Positions 57,230 through 64,000 of a stretch of 64,000 nucleotides of DNA are shown here, in pieces. Position 1 is the first letter of the stretch; each line of letters begins with the position of its first letter. Origin of the DNA: Halanaerobiales bacterium (GTDB lineage: Bacteria > Bacillota > Halanaerobiia > Halanaerobiales > M55B127). Below the pieces are notes generated by a model, which worked only from the letters and a program-made list of their open reading frames with translations, made no database searches and was not told the DNA's origin. A program made the position numbers and the translations under genes. The stretch is taken from positions 61,248 through 125,247 of the forward strand of contig JAGXLU010000001.1 in assembly GCA_018334565.1 (NCBI GenBank), given 5' to 3'.

Positions 57230-59293
57230 TTACTCTTCTTGTTTACTTTCTTCTATAATTTTTTGGCTTGTTTCTTCAGGTACTTTTTCATATGTCGAAA
57301 ATTCAGTAGTGAAATAACCATATCCACCGGTTATCGACTTTAAATCTGTTGCATAATTAAATAATTCACTCTTTGGGACTTTTGCTTTTATTTTTTGGGT
57401 GCCATCTTGAGGTTCCATTCCAGAAATTTTACCTCTCCTGGAATTAAGATCCCCCATTATATCCCCCATAAATCTTTCAGGCACTACAACCGTTACATCC
57501 ATAACCGGCTCAAGTAATACCGGCTTAGCCTGCTGCATGGCCTTTTTAAAGGCTTTTGAAGCAGCAATCTTGAAGGCCATTTCAGAAGAATCAACATCAT
57601 GGTATGAACCATCGTAAACAGTTGCTTTGAAATCTACTACTGGATATTTGGCTAAAACACCTTCGTCTTTAGCCTCTACTATACCCTTTTCCACAGCTGG
57701 TATATACTGGCTGGGGATTGCTCCTCCAAATATTTCTTCTTCAAATATGAAGTCCTTGCCCCTTGGTAAAGGTTCAAACCTGATCATTACATGTCCATAT
57801 TGTCCTCTACCACCAGACTGCTTTTTATATTTCTCTTCTACAGATACTTTTCTTCTGATAGTTTCTTTATACTCAACTTTGGGTTCAACCAAATTAAACC
57901 CAACATCAAATTTTCTTTTACAAATATCATTTACTACAGATAAATGAACTGTCCCCATACCAGTAATTAAGAGCTGTTTAGTCACTTTATTAAAATCTAC
58001 TTTAAAGGTAGGATCTTCCAAAGAATATCTCTGGATAGCAGAAGACATTTTTTCGTTATCTGCATCATCAGCTGGAACAGCTGCTTTAGTCAACATCGGC
58101 ACTGGAAAGTCGATAGGCGCAATTTTTACATCTAAATCATCTTTTGTGATGGTATCAGAAGTCTCTATTTCATCCAATTTGGCTACTGCTCCTATATCTC
58201 CTGCAATGAGTTTTTCTACCTGTTCTTGTTCTGAACCATGCAGTTTATAGAGTTTACTAACCCGTAAACTTTCATTTAATCTAGGTAGATAAAGATCTTC
58301 CCCTTTATCAATACTGCCTGAAAATACCCTAAAAATAGATAATTTACCAATATAAGGATCAACCATTGTTTTACCCACAATACCTATAAATGGGCCTTCT
58401 TCATCTGTGGCAAATACTTTTTTTTCATCTTCTGTTTTAACAGTTAATTCTTCTCTATCAGCAGCAGAAGGAGCAAGCTTTATCATATACTCCATAAATG
58501 TATTAACCCCAGAATTATTTAGAGCAGAACCACAGAAAACAGGTACTATATCTTTGTTTAGGACGCCTTTTAAAAGGGCATTATGCATTTCCTGATCCGT
58601 AATTTCCTCATCTTCTAAATATTTAATCATCAGTTCTTCATCTAATTCTATGATCGATTCAATCAATTCCAATTTATATTGTTCTAATACTTCTCTTTGC
58701 TCATCATTTAAATCTAATTTATTCTCCTCACCATCATTGAGCTCTATAAATTTTTCAGATAATAAATCAATTATACCTTTATATTTATTTCCCTCTTTAT
58801 ATGGGATCGTAATTGGTAATAGAGAATCTTCAAAATTATCATCCAATTCAGCGAATAAATCTTTAAAGTTACTGTCTTCCAGATCAAATTTATTAATGAA
58901 TATAAATCTCGAATTATTATTTTCAACTGCTATGTCCCATACATAGTTAGTATTAACTTCCACTCCGGAATCTGCATTTATTAATAAAATAGAAGACTCA
59001 ACCATTCTGGTTGCGCTGGCAACTTCACTTCTAAAATCAGCATAACCAGGAGTATCTATTAAGTTGAAGTACTTACCCTTCCAGGCAAAAGCAAAATATG
59101 AACTATTAATAGAATATTTATGATCTTTCTCTTCTGGTATAAAGTCTGATTTGGAGTTTCCCTCATCCACCAATCCTATATCTTTGATCTTACCTGCATT
59201 AAATAATACATCCTCTGTTAATGTAGTTTTCCCCGCACCTCCATGGGAAATAAATGAAAAATTTTTGATGTCTTTTGTCTTATAGTTACTCAA
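57230..59293 (-). CDS. elongation factor G paralog (EF-G2-type translational GTPase)
   Basis: 687 aa with full EF-G domain order. G1 is SHGGAGKT instead of AHIDAGKT, G3 is DTPGYADF and G4 is NKFD. The start is TTG. The gene is not in a str operon context. Confidence 0.8.
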   Translation of the reverse strand: MSNYKTKDIKNFSFISHGGAGKTTLTEDVLFNAGKIKDIGLVDEGNSKSDFIPEEKDHKYSINSSYFAFAWKGKYFNLIDTPGYADFRSEVASATRMVESSILLINADSGVEVNTNYVWDIAVENNNSRFIFINKFDLEDSNFKDLFAELDDNFEDSLLPITIPYKEGNKYKGIIDLLSEKFIELNDGEENKLDLNDEQREVLEQYKLELIESIIELDEELMIKYLEDEEITDQEMHNALLKGVLNKDIVPVFCGSALNNSGVNTFMEYMIKLAPSAADREELTVKTEDEKKVFATDEEGPFIGIVGKTMVDPYIGKLSIFRVFSGSIDKGEDLYLPRLNESLRVSKLYKLHGSEQEQVEKLIAGDIGAVAKLDEIETSDTITKDDLDVKIAPIDFPVPMLTKAAVPADDADNEKMSSAIQRYSLEDPTFKVDFNKVTKQLLITGMGTVHLSVVNDICKRKFDVGFNLVEPKVEYKETIRRKVSVEEKYKKQSGGRGQYGHVMIRFEPLPRGKDFIFEEEIFGGAIPSQYIPAVEKGIVEAKDEGVLAKYPVVDFKATVYDGSYHDVDSSEMAFKIAASKAFKKAMQQAKPVLLEPVMDVTVVVPERFMGDIMGDLNSRRGKISGMEPQDGTQKIKAKVPKSELFNYATDLKSITGGYGYFTTEFSTYEKVPEETSQKIIEESKQEE

Positions 59294-59422
59294 ATTTTTA
59301 CACCAACCTTCCTAAATTCTAATAATTAATATCTTTATTTCATACTTTTTTATAATTCTATGTTTTGTGGTATAAATCCTGCCTCTAGTTTACAATTAAT
59401 TATATTTATTCATCTATTTTTA

Positions 59423-59980
59423 TTATTTTTTAAATTGATTATGGAAAGAAAACTCTTCAACCGTTTTTCTTGGGGGCCTTGTTTTTTCATCTTTTAACTG
59501 TTTTTTTGAAAGTATATCTTTATAATCTTGATCATGTTTTCCCACTATTAATAAAGCAATTAGTTTATATGCTTCAGGAATTCCCATTATTTTTTTTGCC
59601 CTGCTTTGACTATATCCTGCAATTGGGTGAACAACTAGGCCTAATTCAGTTGCCCTCAGCATAATCATCGATGTTGCCAGCCCAATATCAAAAAGATAGT
59701 ACTCTCGATCCTTTATATTACAATCATCCTCTTTTTTTCCAGTAACCCCGATTACCATTGATGCATTATGTGCCCATTCATTACCTTTAGATAAGGTATC
59801 AAAAACCTGTTTTAATTTTTCATCATCATAAACAAAAACATAATTCCAAGGTTGATTATTAAAACAGGATGGGGCCAGTGAAGCAGATTCACTAAGATCA
59901 TTTATTAAATCATCATCTATATCTACAGGAGCTAAAGACCTGTAAGATCTTCTTTTTTCAATAGCCTCTTTAACATTCAT
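59423..59980 (-). CDS. nitroreductase family protein
   Basis: 185 aa. It starts AIEKRRSYRS and contains APSCFNNQPW. Confidence 0.8.
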   Translation of the reverse strand: MNVKEAIEKRRSYRSLAPVDIDDDLINDLSESASLAPSCFNNQPWNYVFVYDDEKLKQVFDTLSKGNEWAHNASMVIGVTGKKEDDCNIKDREYYLFDIGLATSMIMLRATELGLVVHPIAGYSQSRAKKIMGIPEAYKLIALLIVGKHDQDYKDILSKKQLKDEKTRPPRKTVEEFSFHNQFKK

Positions 59981-59999
59981 ATTTTAATACCTCCTTTTT

Positions 60000-61184
60000 T
60001 TATATTTTTTCACCTGTATTTTTACCTAACTGATAAGCTTTTTTTAAATTATTTTCTGTAGGTCCATATTTGTTTTTAACTTTTGGTTCTACTACATTTA
60101 TATTGCAATTTTTTTCGAATTGGTTCATTCTTTTTAACGAACCTCCACTCCAGCTATAAGTACCAATAAAACCAAATAATCTATTTTTTATACCTCTATT
60201 CTCCAGTGCTTCAATTAAAGCCAACATCGGTGGAAAAAGCTCATTATTATAACTACAACTTGCCATTATTACACCTTTATACTTCCAAATATCACTAATC
60301 AGAAATGACTTATCAGTCTTGGAAACATCATAGACTTTCACCTCATTTATACCTGCTTCACTTAGGCCTGCAGCGGCTTCTTCTGCAAATCTTTTGGTGT
60401 TTCCATACATAGTTCCATAAACAACCACAGCACCTTCTGTTGCTTCAAATTTACTCATTTTAAGGTACTTGTCAAGTATATATTCTGGTTTATCCCTCCA
60501 TATAGGTCCATGGGTTGAAGCAATTATTTTAATATCAAGTTCCCCTAAAGAAGAAATATGCTTGGCTGCTATAGGAGAATATTTACCTACAATATTGGAA
60601 TAATAACGCATGATTTCGTCCTCATAAAATTCTAAATTTATTTCATCATCAAAAATACTACCATTAAAGGCTCCAAAGGTTCCAAAAACATCTCCTGAAA
60701 ACAAAATACTATCTTCTATAATATAAGTCATCATTGTTTCAGGCCAATGAACCATCGGTGTAATAAAAAATTTAAGGGTTTTTTCACCAATACTTAAGGT
60801 CTCTTTATCATTAATCTCCTTAATATTATTTTCAATATCGTAAAAGCCTTTGAGAAAACCAGTAGTTTTTTTATTTCCAATTATCTTCATTTCAGGAAAT
60901 GATCTAATCAATTCATTTATAGACCCAGAATGATCTGGTTCCATGTGATTAATTATAAGATAATCAATTGATCTGCCTTCTGTTAGCTGCTTAATCTTTT
61001 CTAAGTATGGTTCTTGATAATCAGCTTTAACGGTATCAACTAATACCACCTTTTCATCAACAATCAAATATGAATTGTAAGAAATACCTTTGGGCAGAGG
61101 CCATAAGTTTTCAAAAAGTTCAGTTTCTCTATCATTTACACCAACCCAATACACATTATCGCTCAATCGATTTAAATAACTCAT
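60000..61184 (-). CDS. fprA: flavodiiron protein (FprA-type A-flavoprotein, O2/NO reductase)
   Basis: 394 aa. It has a metallo-beta-lactamase-like diiron domain (HMEPDHSG) plus a C-terminal flavodoxin domain (VVVYGTMYGNT). Confidence 0.88.
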   Translation of the reverse strand: MSYLNRLSDNVYWVGVNDRETELFENLWPLPKGISYNSYLIVDEKVVLVDTVKADYQEPYLEKIKQLTEGRSIDYLIINHMEPDHSGSINELIRSFPEMKIIGNKKTTGFLKGFYDIENNIKEINDKETLSIGEKTLKFFITPMVHWPETMMTYIIEDSILFSGDVFGTFGAFNGSIFDDEINLEFYEDEIMRYYSNIVGKYSPIAAKHISSLGELDIKIIASTHGPIWRDKPEYILDKYLKMSKFEATEGAVVVYGTMYGNTKRFAEEAAAGLSEAGINEVKVYDVSKTDKSFLISDIWKYKGVIMASCSYNNELFPPMLALIEALENRGIKNRLFGFIGTYSWSGGSLKRMNQFEKNCNINVVEPKVKNKYGPTENNLKKAYQLGKNTGEKI

Positions 61185-61263
61185 TTTTCCCCTCCTTTTA
61201 AAAATATCTAAAAATTTTCTACTTAATCAATCAGTTTGTTTTTATGAATACTTTATTTATATG

Positions 61264-61292
61264 ATTATAATGATAACATTAATCAACTTCAA
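61264..61292 (-). promoter_or_regulatory. sigma-A-type promoter of fprA with an overlapping PerR/Fur-like AT-rich box
   Basis: The minus strand reads TTGAAG, a 17-nt spacer, then TATAAT. The spacer and -10 contain TTATCATTATAATCA, which matches the remembered PerR consensus TTATAATNATTATAA at 12 of 15 positions. Confidence 0.4.
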
Positions 61293-61389
61293 TATAATTA
61301 TAATCTCATTACCAAAGTAAAATCAAAGTCTGAGATCTAAAATATATTTGATAGGACAAAAGGAAAAAAACTAAATGTAATTTTTTAAA

Positions 61390-62304
61390 TTATTTTTTCT
61401 CTAATTTTGACAAGTGTTCTTTGAATTCCTCTGGTAATTCTGCTTCAAATTCAACCCAATTACCCTTTTTGGGATGGTAAAAACCTAATTGATAAGCATG
61501 TAATAGTAGATGATCCAAATTAAATATTTCTTCTTGACCACCATATTTATTATCACCAAGAATAGGAAAGCCTAAATAAGCAAAATGAACTCTTATTTGA
61601 TGAGTGCGACCGGTTTTTAATATCACCTTAAGATAACTATGGTTAGAAAATCTTTTAATTACCTCAAATTCTGTAATCGCTTTTTTACTATTTTTTTTGA
61701 CTACAGCCATTTTGGTCCTATTTTTAGGATCCCGCCCAATAGGAGCATCAATGGTTCCACTATTATAAGGTAAAGTTCCCTTTAAAATGGTTCTATATTC
61801 TTTTTTGACCTGTCTTTTTTTAAATTGTTTTATCAAATTATTTAAACTTTTTTGCGATTTAGCAACCACAATTGTCCCACTGGTGTTTTTATCTAATCTA
61901 TGCACTATGCCTGGCCTGATAGTGCCATTAATGCTGCCCAGTTTTTCAGAATGAGCAAGAAGGGCATTTACCAGGGTATCTTTTTTATTACCCTTTACAG
62001 GGTGAACTATTAATCCGACTGGCTTATTAATTACAATAATCTCTTCATCTTCAAAAATTATATCTAAATCCATTTCTTTTTTTGCTAAATCAAGTAGCTT
62101 GTCTTCTTTTTTATATATTACTATCTGATCTTTATAACTAACCTTATAGCTTTTTTTCTCTTTTTTATTATTTACCTTAATCTGACCATTATCAATCATC
62201 TTTTGAATTTGATTTCTACTTAAATTACTTTTGATCTCTGAAATAAATTTATCTAATCTAAAATTTTCATAATTTTTTTCAACATTTATTTTAAAGCTAT
62301 TCAT
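61390..62304 (-). CDS. rluD: RluA-family 23S rRNA pseudouridine synthase (RluD-like) with N-terminal S4 domain
   Basis: 304 aa with the HRLDKNTSG catalytic motif and GRTHQIRVH. Confidence 0.9.
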   Translation of the reverse strand: MNSFKINVEKNYENFRLDKFISEIKSNLSRNQIQKMIDNGQIKVNNKKEKKSYKVSYKDQIVIYKKEDKLLDLAKKEMDLDIIFEDEEIIVINKPVGLIVHPVKGNKKDTLVNALLAHSEKLGSINGTIRPGIVHRLDKNTSGTIVVAKSQKSLNNLIKQFKKRQVKKEYRTILKGTLPYNSGTIDAPIGRDPKNRTKMAVVKKNSKKAITEFEVIKRFSNHSYLKVILKTGRTHQIRVHFAYLGFPILGDNKYGGQEEIFNLDHLLLHAYQLGFYHPKKGNWVEFEAELPEEFKEHLSKLEKK

Positions 62305-62495
62305 TTAAAACACCTATCTACAAACTCATATTTTTTTTATTTTATCATAAACACCCTCGATAAACAACTTGATAAATTTTATAAAATATTACCTATTATT
62401 GATATAAAGTACTTTATCTTCATTCTGAATTGTGTTATGATAACTATGGTAAAAATATAAATTAATAATTTTATAATATTTAAGGTGAAATAAAT

Positions 62496-63854
62496 ATGGA
62501 ATCTATTCTCACAAATAATTCAAAAAAAAGAATAATTAAGATTTTGATCCTTGCCTTACCTGCTGTTTTAGAAATGAGTCTCAATACCCTCTTGGGTGTA
62601 GCTGATACATTAATGATCAGCAGAATAATTGGAAAAGAAGGGTTAGCAGCTGTAGGCTTTGCCAATCAAATATTTTTTGCATTAATCTACATCTTTTCAT
62701 CTTTTAATGCAGGAGCTACCGCAATGATAGCCAGGAGTTATGGTAAAAAAGACTATAAGAAATTAAATATTATTATGGGACAAAACTTAGTATTGAATAC
62801 CTTTATAGGTATTGTTGTATTCATAGTTACATTTACTTTTGCCAACAATATCTTAAATGTTTATGATATAACTAATCAGGTACAATCATTGGGATTAACT
62901 TATTTAAAGATTGTTTCATTCAGCCAACTTTTTATGTTCATCTCTTTTGCCATGGCTGCTAGCTTCAGGGGCTCAGGCGATACTAAAACTCCTATGTATA
63001 TCACAGGTACAGCAAATATTTTAAATATTATAGGTAATTATGTACTAATGACTGGTTTCTGGATATTTCCCAATATGGGTATTGCGGGTGCAGCAATTTC
63101 TACAACAGTTTCCAGATTATTGGCTTCTCTTGCTTATATTATTGTTGTCTTCAAAGTAAAAGAAAAATTAAAGCTTAAAATGGTTAATTTGAAGTTTTCT
63201 TTTGATATATTAAAACGATTATGGAATTTTAGTTATGCAGCTGGCCTTGAACAACTATCAATGCAGTTAGCTTTCTTTTTAAATGGTATTATTGTATCAT
63301 TATTAGCTACAACTTCGGAAGCTGCTTTTAGAATTTTGATCAATATCGAATCCATTTCATTTATGCCGGCAATAGGAATTTCTATTGCTACAGCTACATT
63401 AGTAGGTAAACACTTAGGAGAAGATGATCCTCAGGAATCATTACATACCGGTTTTACTGCAGCTGTTATAGGTATAATATGGGGAATATTTATGGGGATT
63501 ATATTCTTTATATTTACAGAACCTATTATAAGGATATTTACAACTGAAACAGTTGTAATTAATGCCTCTTTAAAAACTTTGAAAATTGCTGGCATTAATC
63601 AGGCTCCCTTAGCTTTTATGATCATAATGGGAGGGGCCCTGAGAGGATCTGGCGATACAAAAGGAGTAATGATGATTACAGCTATGCGCTTATGGCTTGT
63701 TTTTGTGCCCCTTACCTATCTATTCACTATATTGCTAAATCAAGGTGTGGTGGGAGTATGGTATGCTGAAATTACATCATTTTTTATCTTCTCACTTGTT
63801 ATATTAAAAAGATTTAAAGAAATGGAGTGGGCCCAGATTAAAATGTTCGTTTAA
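62496..63854 (+). CDS. MATE family efflux transporter
   Basis: 452 aa with 12 predicted TM segments. The N-terminus (ILALPAVLEMSLNTLLGVADTLMISRI) and the repeated GSGDTK loops are typical of NorM/MATE. Confidence 0.88.
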   Translation: MESILTNNSKKRIIKILILALPAVLEMSLNTLLGVADTLMISRIIGKEGLAAVGFANQIFFALIYIFSSFNAGATAMIARSYGKKDYKKLNIIMGQNLVLNTFIGIVVFIVTFTFANNILNVYDITNQVQSLGLTYLKIVSFSQLFMFISFAMAASFRGSGDTKTPMYITGTANILNIIGNYVLMTGFWIFPNMGIAGAAISTTVSRLLASLAYIIVVFKVKEKLKLKMVNLKFSFDILKRLWNFSYAAGLEQLSMQLAFFLNGIIVSLLATTSEAAFRILINIESISFMPAIGISIATATLVGKHLGEDDPQESLHTGFTAAVIGIIWGIFMGIIFFIFTEPIIRIFTTETVVINASLKTLKIAGINQAPLAFMIIMGGALRGSGDTKGVMMITAMRLWLVFVPLTYLFTILLNQGVVGVWYAEITSFFIFSLVILKRFKEMEWAQIKMFV

Positions 63855-63879
63855 AAAATATTTTCTATTAGTTGCATTT

Positions 63880-63910
63880 AAAAGAGGGGCTAAGAACACC
63901 CCTCTTTTTA
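63880..63910. terminator. bidirectional terminator after the MATE gene
   Basis: The sequence is aaaagagggg-ctaagaaca-cccctcttttt, a 7-bp GC-rich stem flanked by A and T runs. Confidence 0.8.
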
Positions 63911-63914
63911 AAAA

Positions 63915-64000
63915 CTATTCATTTTTTAAGACATTTGCACATCTTTCACAAATATCTTCATATTGTTCATCTTTTCCAACTGTAGTACTATACTTCCAAC
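63915..64000 (-). CDS. C-terminal fragment of an unidentified small protein (gene runs off the window end)
   Basis: Own translation of the reverse strand gives ...WKYSTTVGKDEQYEDICERCANVLKNE*, with a CxxC pair. It is too short to assign. Confidence 0.3.
   Translation of the reverse strand, partial: WKYSTTVGKDEQYEDICERCANVLKNE

Noticed and set aside
1-64000. A whole-window search for CRISPR repeats, transposase/integrase/recombinase genes, phage genes, toxin-antitoxin pairs, restriction-modification or other defence-type genes, tRNA genes and rRNA genes.
   Set aside because: None was recognised. Every ORF over 150 aa has a housekeeping or catabolic assignment, and no regularly spaced direct repeats were seen. 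The only accessory-looking content is the catabolic island at 1-15 kb.

Overview
This is a 64-kb, AT-rich, gene-dense window with 61 CDS: 55 on the minus strand, 6 on the plus strand, and 2 truncated at the window edges. I recognised no rRNA, tRNA, CRISPR array, transposase or integrase. All calls come from reading the ORF translations and the DNA; no searches were run. The gene order is the conserved Firmicutes ylo/ylb housekeeping region, so the source looks like a Clostridia-class anaerobe. A secreted patatin with a beta-barrel-like C-terminus hints at a diderm lineage such as Halanaerobiales, but that is inference only.

Zone 1 (1-15.1 kb) is the only accessory-looking part. It is a PucR-linked catabolic island, all on the minus strand. 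It holds a UraA-type permease, PucR, AllH-like (DUF2877), a four-gene Na+-pumping biotin decarboxylase (MmdA/D/C/B-like) and an orphan 237-aa GNAT-like protein. It continues with FdrA/AllF-like, DUF1116/AllG-like, a cyclase-family hydrolase, carbamate kinase and a three-subunit XDH-family molybdenum hydroxylase. I flag this combination as the best candidate for an undescribed pathway: anaerobic, energy-conserving degradation of an N-heterocycle, possibly pyrimidine via barbiturate and ureidomalonate.

Zone 2 (15.3-21.2 kb) holds a nitroreductase and a plsX-fabK-fabH-fabD-fabF cluster without fabG or acpP.

Zone 3 (21.2-64 kb) is core housekeeping: rpmF, yceD, ackA, pta, tmcAL, ylbL, coaD, rsmD, recG, degV, yloV, yloU, rpmB, fumarase, thiN, rpe, rsgA, prkC, prpC, rlmN, fmt, def, priA, metK, pmbA/tldD, coaBC, gmk, remA, rqcH. 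It ends with a patatin/beta-barrel protein, an EF-G2-type paralog, a nitroreductase with FprA, rluD and a MATE pump.

Secondary oddities:
- A 735-bp ORF-free spacer sits where fapR normally lies.
- rpoZ and rsmB are missing relative to the canonical gene order.
- L28 carries a basic insertion.
- A hairpin terminator sits directly on the allF ribosome-binding site.
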